Of a stretch of DNA of 64,000 nucleotides, positions 52,601 to 64,000 are shown in pieces. Location: assembly GCF_964355755.1 (NCBI RefSeq), contig NC_092677.1:10128101-10192100 (forward strand), in the 5' to 3' direction. A program made the translations under genes and the position numbers. How positions within the stretch are numbered: the stretch's first letter is position 1; each line of letters begins with the position of its first letter. The stretch comes from Antedon mediterranea. Taxonomy: Eukaryota > Animalia > Echinodermata. The notes beneath the pieces are model-generated. The model did not search any database, was not told the DNA's origin, and was given only the letters and a program-made list of their open reading frames with translations.

Positions 52601-55600
52601 TTCTGAATGAGGTCTTAATCTGTTGGTAAAATGGATGAAATCACATGATCACTAGAAGCAAATCCATCTGTTAACCAATTACATACCAATAAGTTCTCCA
52701 CTGTCCCACTTATACATGTACCACATACGGACCTTCTTCTGCACATGCTCAGGTATTTGCCAGTTCTTCAACAGCAGCATGGTGTTGTCCATTCTCTCTC
52801 GGAATCTCTCCTTGGTGGCACTTGCTGCCCCTACAATATCCCGCATCTGCAAATGAAGACATTCTAATCCTTTGAAGTTGTAATGGTAATGTGTAGTAGG
52901 CCTATAAATTATGATATTAAGTAGTGTATGCCAGTTATTCTACTCCGCTGTAGTTATTTTTTCTTTAGGTGAACGGATGATATAGCTTGTTTAGTGTGGT
53001 CTTGTCATTTTGAGAAATACATTTTACTTTAAGGGTAGTTTGAACCAGGTCACAACACAAGGATGTGTGAGCAACAAAAGCAGATTTGACCAATCAAAAT
53101 CAACAGTTTGGATGATTCATCACTTGTAATTGGTCAATAACTTTCTCTGCATGCCTGTAAAACCTTGTGTTGCGTTCTAGCAGGAACTAAAGCTTTAATG
53201 TCCTTGGAAACGAACCTGACCAATGATAGATGCAAAGACAAATATACCGATGGCGAAATCAATATTCATGAAGACGATTTCAAGGTCTGTCATGGGAACG
53301 GGCAGGTTTCCAATTGTGATGAGCGTTTTGGTTGCTCGGTACATACATCGTATATAGCTATTGAGGAAAATAAGATATCAATTAATATATAATGTAATAT
53401 TTATCCCAACATAACCATACATTTGTTACAGTACTACCAGTACAAACAAATTTCAATCTACACCAAAGCAGGGTATGGTTTCAGTTAGCAATGTTATTGT
53501 TGGTAAACTTTGCTGATGTGAACCATATCATCTAGTTCCCATGGCCTATCCTCATCCTATCATTTATAATTTTCTTTTTACAACTGCCAATACAGTAGAA
53601 CTCTCTTGGATATGCTCCAGAATTAAACCAAAGACATTCCTTGATAGAACAAAGGAAGAGTGTAATTTCACTTTTAAAGCGTGTAATTTCACTCTCCCCT
53701 GATAGAACTATATGAAAACGTACGGGTTAGAATTCTCTGCGTTGTTGTAAACCCATTCATTGACTCCGATGCCTTCATAGAGAGAGATTGCGTAATAACA
53801 GCAAGTGTTTAGATGTATCATATACAACAGGTAGCTAACCATTTTTCCAACTCTAAAATTTGAAAGAATGCATAGAAGTTATTTGAAATACAACAAAATA
53901 ACATTTTGAAATGAATTGAAGGGAAATACATCTTTTAACACCACAGCCAACCACTATACAGGGAACATCCCGGGATTAAAGGGACACATGTTTTAACACT
54001 ATGGCTATGTACTATTTAGGTGACAGCCAATTAAGGAAACATTCTCTTGTGAAATGATGTTTAAACACTACAGTCAACCACTAAGAATTCATTAAAGGAA
54101 CACGTTTTTGGGTCCCGAAAGGTATCTCCTAATGGATTTTCTACTGTAGTTGGGGGCAATATAACACTACGCTCAACCTCTATTAAGGGGTTCATTTTGT
54201 TGGGTTACAAAGGTTTCCCCTTAATATGGGTTTTACTATACCTAAATGCATTTGCGAAACTAGAGCTACTTTCAAAACGACTGACAAACTCATTGTAGCT
54301 ATGGTACTTGAGCAAACGTGGTAAGCGTATAAAAATCATGAATCTTTCGTTCAACCAAATCTTGGAAAGCAGGTCAAAGGGTAAAAGACATACAACATCC
54401 AACTAAAAAATACAAACATCGACATATATTTTATTAATTTCACCAAATACAAATACAGAACAAATAGCTTGATTGCGCCAAGAAGTGCCAAAAGAGCCAT
54501 GCCACTTTACAACAATAGTTAAAGTTTCATTTTTTTAATAAATATTTTTTTATATTTTTTTCACACTTACCTTAAAATTGTTTGTTGAAAAGTAATACTT
54601 CTTTGTCAGTGCTTTATCCTCCTGCAAAGAAAATCGTAGTATGTATAAAGTTTAATCATTGGTGGTCGTCTGCTCTATTTAACTCTGCTCCGCCTCATTA
54701 AATGGAGAAATCAATTTTTCAACTCATGTATTATGATTATTCTCACCATTCAACACATAAATCTTAATTATTTGTATAACAGTATTAAAAAATCTGAATC
54801 TATCTTTAAATCTATTTCTAGTCACTTACCACGTACATACCACCATGTATAAATTGAATCCGCATCCGCAAGAAGATGTCCAGGAAATATACAAGGTCAA
54901 ATAATAGGTCAAAGCCCAACCACATGAAAAAACTTTTCTCCTCATTTATCAAATTATTATCATAACCAAACACCCCTCTCAGAAAAATGGTGACAGCATT
55001 GTATACAAATGCAACAGCAACTATGAAGAGCCATGCTAGCCAAAGTGAACCTACGAAATAAAATAAATTGAAATTTTGATTTATTTTTTCACAATTAGAT
55101 AAAATTGGAATACCGTAAAACCTTAAAAAGATTTTCGATGTTTTATGGTAGTTCTATGGTATGAATATTTTTATAATATACAATCCCACTTACCTGCTGG
55201 ATCTATAGATTTCATATGTTTTAACCTCTTCAACCATTTTGGTAATGTGATCTTTTTTGAGAAAAAGCTAACCTCTAAAGCAGTTTCTTCCACACACGAA
55301 CTTGGTGCAAATGAATCTAGCCTTTTCCGTTTTTTAGACATAGGAACTAAAGCAAAACAATTATTATTCTTATACAGTATGATTTTAAATAATAATATAT
55401 ACTTTTTATTAGTCAAATGTTTTGCCCTACTCTGATGTAATTTGTACTTTATACCAAGTACATTGAGAAAAAATATGCAAGTAATTCTAGGGTAGGACTA
55501 GAACCCACGACCTTCAAATCAATAGCCTAGCGTTCATACCTCTAGACCACTGAGGTTGCGCTGATGGCTAGGGGTTAGATTAAGGAAAAACATCTGACCA

Positions 55601-58055
55601 ATTACTCAACACCACAGTACAAACAATTACAATACTTTTGATTATTTCTCAGTTGAGAGGGTTTACCTTCCAAGGCTTCAGGGTGTATTTTATTCTGGCG
55701 TAGTTTGTTGGCTTTGGTTGCTACCGTCTTAAAGATTTGACGAAATCGATCAGTTTTAAATGATTCTTCAGCATCAATACTGTAAAAAATTACAGTTAGG
55801 TCAATTCTCAGCCAAGACTATTTATTGATTTTCACCGGCCCCCTATCTCCAAATCTATCTACACCATTTAAAATCATCACTTTTATTGTCTGAAGCCCTC
55901 TTTTATATTGAAAAGTACATATTATCAAGGGGGAAGGGCAGCCAGCCCAGTTCCCCCACCTCTCCACCCCAAATAAATGATGGGATCAAACTCAGCACTT
56001 CATTTCACCGTTTTTCGGCCCTTTCACCACCCCCACTCTCACCGTTATTTAAATTGATCCGCCACTGATTATGATGGGTAAGAGCCTACAGTATGTGGGC
56101 ACAGTATATTTATCATGGTCTTCGGAAGCTTAGAACAAGAAAGAAACATTACCAGGCGGATCAAAAGAATAACATATAATATTTATATAGTCTGTCAAAA
56201 TATCAAGAGTAGTTCATAATTTCAAAGGGGAGTGCACATCCTAGATCTATCCTGCTAGGTCTACCCCTGATTACTATGCAAACATCAATCGAATCATCTT
56301 ATCAATATGGCTCAGTACCAAACCTGAAACTTCCATCACTGCTGACTAAACTGTTACTGCTACTGATAGATGACAACTTTCTAGCCCATGCTGGACTTAA
56401 AGGTGACAATGGAGTCAATGGCTTTATTGATGACATATCAAAAGATTTCTGGAAAAAAAATGTCACAAAGTTTAACAAAAAAGTGTGATGTGCCCAAATA
56501 TGGTGGTGATATGGCCAAATATGGAAGTGATATGACATCATCATGTCCATATATGGGCATATTACATCTTTTTGTAACATAACGTTTGATAGTGTAGCTT
56601 TAGAGTAAGCATTATACTTACACTGATACAGTTCAGTCCGTCCAATGACTTTTGATGTTTAAAAGTATACCTTGGTGAGAGAAGGTCAGGGGTCGCATCT
56701 GATAGTGGGAAGCTGTGTCGTTTGCTGAGGACCATACCAGGAAGTGGAGGAATTGTTAGAGACAAATTAGAACTGCAAGATTAAAAACAAAACATTTCTA
56801 TATGAAATGTAGTAAATGAAAAACATGATTTATAATGTTTGATGATTAAAATCTCACCTATTGAAACCTGAATGTGGAGTAGATGATTCGTCGCATGTCA
56901 GTACCGTATCCTGTGTCTGGCTTCGTGGTACGGTTTGCAGGGATCTTGTTCCCGGACTTAGAGCAAGAGCTCCTGCGACTGTGGCTGTTGGTAGTGATAG
57001 CATGGAAGACATGCTTGCTGTATCCAATAAGCCTGGAATGTCCCATCCTGAAGTTTTGCAAAAATAATAATATTATATTACAGAGAAATCAGATAATACC
57101 GTTATTTCAAATATTGAAATGGATTAATCAAAGTAATTAATTAGGTAGACAAATTGAATTGCAAGGTTAAACATTCCTTTAAGCTTGGTTCCCACTAGAA
57201 CGTAACACAAGAACGTAAACGCAATGCAAGCATTTTAACCAATGACAAGCGAAGTTATAGACAGTTAGCAATCACAAGCGAATAAGCCATCGCTTGTGAT
57301 TGGTCAATTCACTTGCGTTGCGTTACGTCCTTGTGTTGCGTCACTAGTGGGAACCACGCTTTAACTGTATTAAGACAATTCAGAAAAGGCCATACAGAAT
57401 AGAATATAGTTAAATTACATAAGTGATTAAGTGAATAATAATAATAATAACAATATTGAAGTCACAATAGGTCTTCCTTGTATACATTATTACTGTTGAT
57501 TACTTATTATATTGATAAATTATAATTTCAATGATGATATTACAACTACAACCTATGACGGTATTCATCATTCGCACTTGGGCTAAGGGAAACACCCTTA
57601 AAATTAAGACAATCTCCTATCTAAAGTAAATACAATTTAAAGGAAATACTTATTACTTAGTATTTATTGAGAAAAATACTTAAATATTTAAGGGAAATAT
57701 CTCACACTTGTGTGATTGGTGAATACAGCCACTAGTTTATTTCGAAAACTAGTTTTAACCCCATCAGTGTGAAAGGGGCTTGGCAGCACCCAATCCTATC
57801 TCTCTACATGATTGCATCAATACCTTCTTTTCCTTGTGGGTGACCGTACTCCAAATTTAACTCATCATCCTGAACGAAACCATGGTTTATTTTGCTAGGA
57901 AAACTGAATCCATTAGAATGTTTAGTTTTCTTAGGTGAGGAGAGGCAAATTGTTGGTGTGTTTGGGCTTGGGGGTGAAATTCCATTGATAGAAAATTTTT
58001 CCGAGGGCGATCGAAAGACATGAAGTTCCAAATTGTTCGGCCGTGAAGAAGTCAT
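49692..58055 (-). CDS. Cyclic-nucleotide-gated channel beta-type subunit (CNGB1/3-like). Exons approx. 58055-57824, 57047-56858, 56772-56622, 56448-56324, 55779-55667, 55346-55194, 55050-54830, 54621-54571, 54402-54242, 53852-53724, 53357-53216, 52846-52687, 52191-52094, 51906-51823, 51631-51522, 51078-50932, 50742-49692
   Basis: S3/S4 [20 protein letters not shown]; pore [11 protein letters not shown], lacking the CNGA glutamate and so beta-like; C-linker [14 protein letters not shown]; [52 protein letters not shown]. The N-terminal exons are less certain. Confidence 0.9.
51178..51374. mobile_element. hAT-like MITE in a CNG channel intron
   Basis: TIR CAGTGGCGTAAC / GTTACGCCACTG; flanks tctattaa and tctactat match at 6 of 8 positions, consistent with a decayed 8-bp TSD. 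Confidence 0.75.
52375..52447 (-). mobile_element. tRNA-derived SINE head
   Basis: Minus strand GGAGCTGTAGCTTGGTGGTTAA (A box) ... GGTTCAATCCT (B box). Confidence 0.5.
55487..55556 (-). mobile_element. tRNA-derived SINE head
   Basis: Minus strand CAGTGGTCTAGAGG ... GAAGGTCGTGGGTTCTAGTCCTACC, similar to the copy at 47275. Confidence 0.5.
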
Positions 58056-58281
58056 CCTAGTAAAATAATATTGAGCTTCACATTATCTAAAAATGAAATT
58101 GAACAAGAAAATTGAATATTGGTATTTATTGTAATCATAGTTGGAGACTGTAAATATGTATTTTGTGTCATCATCTATTTCATTTATTGTATTAACAAAT
58201 TATTGTCATTATATATCTATTTCACTTCACTTTTATGGATAATACATTATTGCCATAAAGTTAAGATTGGTGTAATCTTAA

Positions 58282-58827
58282 AGATGTATTGTCCCTTTGA
58301 CTAATTCCAAAAAAATAAAAAATAAAAGATTTCGAAAAAAGGTGGGTCATTTTGAAGTATCATAATAGTTATTAACTATCACCAAAAATTTTTCGAAAAA
58401 AAAAAAATTTAACTGAAATACAGACGTTTTTTTGTTAAAAAAATAACTTTGACTTCCAGTCAAAGTTTTCAATCAAAACATATCCCATAATGCAACGCAC
58501 TTGTTTGGCTGCTCTGTATGCATAATCATAAAACTTCCTCATGATCTGTGTGAAAATACCTTCTTAACCGTGACGAGTTGTAAACAATCCTAATTTAGCA
58601 TATGCATAATGCGTACTCATGGTTTGAAATCTTTGTTTACTTTCACTCGTGACGATTTTCCAGATGAAATGTAATCAAACTAATTTACCTGTTAATTACG
58701 TAAACTTGTTGTTTTGGCTTAAATTTTTGACTTAAAGTGAATAACTTTAATATTACTTTGATATGGCCACTTTAAATTTAGAATATTTTGACCTTCATTT
58801 TTTTGTGTTTCAAGGGACAATACATCT
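58282..58827. mobile_element. Non-autonomous Kolobok-like TIR element
   Basis: TTAA|AGATGTATTGTCCC...GGGACAATACATCT|TTAA. Related left ends occur at ~12313 and ~30624. Confidence 0.75.
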
Positions 58828-58946
58828 TTAAATATCATTAATAATAATATATAATTTAATTTGAGACAAAATAAAAAAAACCATTGCATTATATGAATTC
58901 TATAAAAAAAGAATAAAACTAGAGCAAGATGAAAAATAACTCATTC

Positions 58947-59385
58947 TATATTATTATTAAGAAATATTTCTATATATTAACAAACAAAATTATTAGTTAC
59001 AACACTATAATATAAATGTGAAAAAAACTAAACAAATAATATTAAAAACAACAAATTCAATATTATTATTAAGAAATATTATTTCTATATATTAACAAAA
59101 TTATCATATTATCACCAATCAGATTGGTATTGTTGAAAAAGAATGATTTCGTTTACAACAACAGTATAATATAAATGTGAAAAAAACTAAACAAGCTTAA
59201 AAACTAAAAAAATAATATTAAAAACAACAAATTCACTATTATTATTAAGAAATATTATTTCTATATATTAACAAAATTAGCATATTATCACCAATCAGAT
59301 TGGTATTGTTGAAAAAGAATTATTTCGTTTACAACAACAGTATAATATAAATATGAAGAAATGTAAATAAACAAGCTTAAAAACT
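58947..59385 (+). repeat. ~180-bp AT-rich tandem duplication, ~2.5 copies
   Basis: tattattattaagaaatat..catattatcaccaatcagattggtattgttgaaaaagaat..acaacaacagtataatataaat repeated. Confidence 0.88.
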
Positions 59386-60870
59386 GCCTGGTGTATTGAT
59401 TATCAAGATAGCGTAAAGTAAATAAGCAATATAATACTGAGCTGCGTTATTCACAAAGATATAAATATTATAAGATAAAATACAGATAATCAACAATACA
59501 AATTTATTACCATAAAATAAAATGTATATTATTATAAAATGTTCGCCATTTGATTAAATAAACCATATAAAAACATAAATGTCTTACCGTAAAAGGAATA
59601 TGGCGTTTCATCGATAGACGACGAGGCGTTTAATTGGATGTTGCTACAAGAAATCTGATTCATTATGGATTCATATGGTTGCCATGGGAATAGCTGATTA
59701 CTGTGCACTTTATTTAAAGACTGGCTTCTCATTGTATATGATTGTAGAACTTCTATTTAATAATCAGCTTAGCGTTTTGCTGTCTCACAGCTAACGAGCT
59801 TGACTTGTGATGACGTAATGGTGATGATTTGATTGGTATGATGTTAATGCCATGTAAATTAAATGCGGTGGTTTGCTCCAACTCCTTACATGCTTTGTTT
59901 ACTTCATCCATGTTATGTGGTTTGTGGTAAAGCCAACTTCATTTTGCTCATTTCTTCTCAGCTCACGCCTTTCTCTTTTTGCTCAAATCTTTTTGGCTTA
60001 GCTCTGCCATGCATTTTGCTTCTTTTTGTTGGCTCAGATTTTGACCTGTGGAATTGAGTCATCTGCAATTGTAAAAAATGGGTTTGTCTTTAATATAATT
60101 ATTAAAAAGTATAAATAATTAATAATGGAATAATGTATTTATCAATAATAAATTTGTTGATATGGCCATACTGCGTTAAAACATGGTTCTTGGATCACTT
60201 GGTTGCGTTCTGGATTGGAGACTGTGTCTGGAATAGGTGTGGCGGGTGCTGTATACTGGAGAGTGAAGTGATGGTGTAATGATAATATCAGACTAGCATG
60301 CATGTGATAGGCATGGGTTCGAGCCTATCTGTACCACAGATTTCATCCTTATATTTGGAAAGATTTTTTACTGCCTTGCCTCGACCTTCGTATTGGGATG
60401 TAACCGTTGGTCCCGTGTACATTATAGTGCATGTTAAGTTCTATTCAAAAAGGGGATTGTCTCCCTATGTGGTGATCTGGTAGGCGCTGCACTAATCCGA
60501 ATTTACTATTTTAAATTTAAGCTTGAGAACCAGCCTAATAATAATTTTTTAACATTTTAACATCTTCCCAAAAAAGAGAAGTCAAGGTTCACAAGACATG
60601 AGAGAGTCGACAGCACTCTGTTTTGTCTGTAGACAGCTAGACATGGCCTTCTTCTGCTACATGAACAATTCCATCCACTATGTAGTATAGGACAAATGTA
60701 AATATACTGTAATAAAAACCTTTTTAAAGAATAGATATAATACATTATTGTTAAAATATCATCCCAAACACCACTACTATCACACACCATACCTTCACTT
60801 TTGTTTGTGTGTGTCATGGTTGAGCTAGTTTTGAGGTCACAACTTTGTACGGGTCAGTGGTTTAAGGAAG

Positions 60871-63800
60871 ATGGCGGTAACCGCCACGTCCGAAGAGGTG
60901 GAATACCTCACAGATATTGATCGTATAGTAGCTGCTTTTGACAAATTATGCCAGGAAGAGGTATGTATTAAAAGAATAATAAATAGTGCTTGTGCTGGAG
61001 CAATTGTTTTATTATTGTTAAGTTTTAAATTTGATTTTATTAACGATGATTTTTCTAGGCCTAGCCAGAGTTGAGGGGGTGGGTGTGAGCGGTCGTCATG
61101 TGTTGTGTAGCTTGCAGGGAGGGGTGTTCCGGCGCTAGGCCTAGGGATAATTTACTAGGCCTAACTAACTACCACACTTTTATTTAACTCATGTAGCTAT
61201 ATAGGCCTATACGCACATATTTCTTGTTGGAAGAAGAACCATTATAAAATTCCGTCCTAAATAATGCATTTGACTTTGTTAAATTGTTAATTATTATTTT
61301 TATCTAGCCTAATTCTAATTCAACCTGTTAGTGGCGGTTTCATCGCTGTTGGTTGACAACTGAATAAAATAAAAATAAAATAATAAAATAAGACTGAAAT
61401 AAATTGCCCAACACCATCCATTGCACCAGAGAGTGTATTGTGTCTATACTCCCCGCGGCGCCTTATATTGGGTTTGTATTGTTATTCTCATTAATTATAG
61501 CAACAACTAACAGAAGAAATTGATGAGATGATTGATGAGCAGGGAAATTTAGAGGGCAAGATGAGCACCTTCCAGCGTATTGTGTAAGTTATTAAAAGCT
61601 AAATAAAGGATTAACCTTACTATACTAACATATCACACTAGGCCTTATATTATACTAAGCGTACATATAACGCCAAAGGCACACAGAACAAATTATGCAC
61701 CACCCAGTAATATATTTGAAACGATAAAATTTATCAATATACCAGTTTATACCAGAGTAAATACTGTACTGTACCCTATTGATTTCTACTGTTGGATTGC
61801 TATACTATTTTTGTTTTTTTCAATCTTGTATTGTATTCTTTATAGTCCTAGCTTAACAGATGTGCATTCTGACTCAACTAATCTTGGAGATATGATATCA
61901 TTTACATCTGACCTTGCAGAAAATGTCAGCGGAAAAGTGAGGATATTAGATCTAGCAAAGGTAACATATGGAAATAACTAAAAATACCAAAATGTATTGA
62001 CTTGGTACTTTGTCTTGTACCAAGGATGTACCACAAGTCTGTCAGGACAGTGTATATATCATTGGCAACCAAGGATGTAACACAAGTCTGTCAGGACAGT
62101 GTATACATCATTGGCAACTTTAGAATATGACTTTATAACACATATTCTGATTGTATTCTTGCAATTTGATTGGTCAATTACGTATCGCGTGTCATTTGGA
62201 ATTAGCCCTCTCTAAAAAAATTGATATCTAATGGTGATAATGATCACACTGTCTGAATTTTGAGAATGTTTAGTTTGCCATTTACGATGGATAAATTGAA
62301 TAAAAGTAGGTATGTTATAAATAAATAATGAATATTCTATATTCTTTGAATTGAAAAATTAAGTGCAATATTTTCAACTTGGCTCTTCCTTGTTTTAAAA
62401 TAGAGCAGTCAGTTTTTCAACTCATGAAATATTTTCCATCCAACTCTAAGAATTAATTTTACCATTCTTAATGTAATGCACTTGTCAATTGTATGACCCA
62501 CTATACGACCACCGGGAGAGGTGAGTCATTTTTCCGATGTGCGTCATACTTTTGAATACCGTGACGCACCCGTGCGTCAAAAAGGTGACTTACCTTTAGG
62601 TGACCATGACGCACCCATTTTGACGCACTGTGACCATGTTGTTTATGATATGGTGGGTGGTAAAGTGACGGACATTGACACACCTTGTTCATTGATGTGA
62701 CGTACCATCTAGGTTTTTTGACGCACCCCTGCGTCAGTAATTATTTGTAAATGACGCACCCATGACGCACCTTTCCCGGGGGTCGTATAGTGAGTCATAC
62801 AATTGACAAGTGCATAATGATGGGATTATGATAATAAGAGGATTTTCTGATGATAAAAACAACCAAATCACTTTTTTATAGAGCCGCGTACAAGCTGCAA
62901 AGCACAGAGTAAATGATGTGTTGGATCTTAAGGTTAGTTCTTTTTGTTTTATCATTCCAGACCAACTAAGCATTCTGTTTCAATAACTTGTCTTAACAAT
63001 TCTCCCATTTAACGTAATTCCCTATGCTGATTAATGACTATTAAAAGATTACAGCAGTCTAAATATAAAAGAATTTACTTAAAAATATCCCTTATTTTCT
63101 TAAGCTCTAAATGAGATGTGCCAAAATATGGTAGTGATATGACATCATTGTGTCCATATATGAGCACATCACATTTTTTCATATAAAGTTTGATAATGTA
63201 GACAGAGATTTATAGAAAATGACCAAGGGAAAACTAAATGACTATTAGGAAAAACACATTTAAACTAAATAAATAATTAATATTAACTCATTTTTTGCCT
63301 CTGTAGTTTTGTACAGATGGTGTTCAGACAGCACTACAGTCAGAAGATTTTGAGAAAGCAGCAGCACACATCCATCGATTCCTTTCACTCGATGAGAAAG
63401 TTTTAAAACAGTTTGCTCCGGAAACGAAAGAAAGTAAGCAGTGTTTTATGCAGTTTGTCAGAGCAAGGGACTACATACTTTAAATTGTTTAGAGCATTAT
63501 AGCAGCTGGAAAGAAAAAATAAAAACTGATCAAACTGTAAATTGTCTCTCTAACTAAAGATCATTTTTGGTCTTTTATTAGAGGTCAAATATACATTGTG
63601 TTTAGCCTGAGTGATTTCTAATGAATGTACTGTAATAAAGGTTTCTCTATATAATAACTAAGGACCACCCTTTTTGGAGTCGTTTTGAAACCTAAACCTT
63701 ACCAACCGTACTGGTGGCTACGGCCCTGCCTTAAATTAGAGACATCTGATGTTTTACATGATTGCTTTATATACAGCATTTAAACTCTGGACCATCTTTA

Positions 63801-64000
63801 TCATTTTAGGTGGTGGACTAGATGCGTCTTTGCAGGTGCTGCGGGAGGCTGAAAAGAGACTACAAACACTAGTTCATGAGAAATTTGATGAAGCAGTTGG
63901 TACGAGTGATCTTGCATCGGTTGAACGATTTTTCAAAATCTTTCCTCTTATTGGTCTGAAAGACGAGGGCTTAGCCAAGTTTTCCTCTTACTTAAAAACA
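60871..64000 (+). CDS. COG4: Conserved oligomeric Golgi complex subunit 4, 5' part. Exons 60871-60960, 61501-61583, 61846-61960, 62882-62932, 63307-63433, 63810->64000
   Basis: [80 protein letters not shown]; GT-AG introns in phase. Confidence 0.95.
62019..62118 (+). repeat. 49-bp tandem duplication in a COG4 intron
   Basis: accaaggatgta(c/a)cacaagtctgtcaggacagtgtata(t/c)atcattggca twice. Confidence 0.9.
62477..62814. mobile_element. TIR element (MITE) with ~50-bp TIRs and many internal TGACGCAC motifs
   Basis: TGCACTTGTCAATTGTATGA..CACTATACGACC / GGTCGTATAGTG..TCATACAATTGACAAGTGCA, flanked by TAA on both sides. Confidence 0.85.

Noticed and set aside
62785-62800. TATAGTGAGTC resembling a T7 promoter or vector contamination
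   Set aside because: Only a partial match, and it is part of the MITE's terminal inverted repeat.

Overview
AT-rich, intron-rich animal genomic DNA, probably an invertebrate deuterostome (inference only), not prokaryotic. Bases 1-~7790 are a ~181/190-bp satellite array with an internal inversion at ~1200, apparently inside intron 1 of a KIAA1143-like gene. Spliced genes follow: KIAA1143-like exon 1 (-), PSMA7/8 (+), LSM14 (-), TAF4 (+), KCTD1/15 (-), a CNG channel beta subunit (-) and the 5' part of COG4 (+). Introns and intergenic DNA carry two abundant MITE families, hAT-, Kolobok- and other TIR elements, tRNA-derived SINE heads and local duplications. The most notable observations are: (1) a PSMA7-LSM14-TAF4-KCTD block that appears to preserve the pre-vertebrate-duplication gene order; (2) a 31-bp TIR element with a perfect 8-bp TSD nested three levels deep; (3) the inverted, higher-order, hairpin-rich intronic satellite with faint 5S rRNA-like blocks; (4) a decoy 'poison' splice acceptor in TAF4; (5) strong enrichment of TAGGCCTA. 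I found no convincing novel multi-gene system. All coordinates were read by eye and may be off by a few bases.
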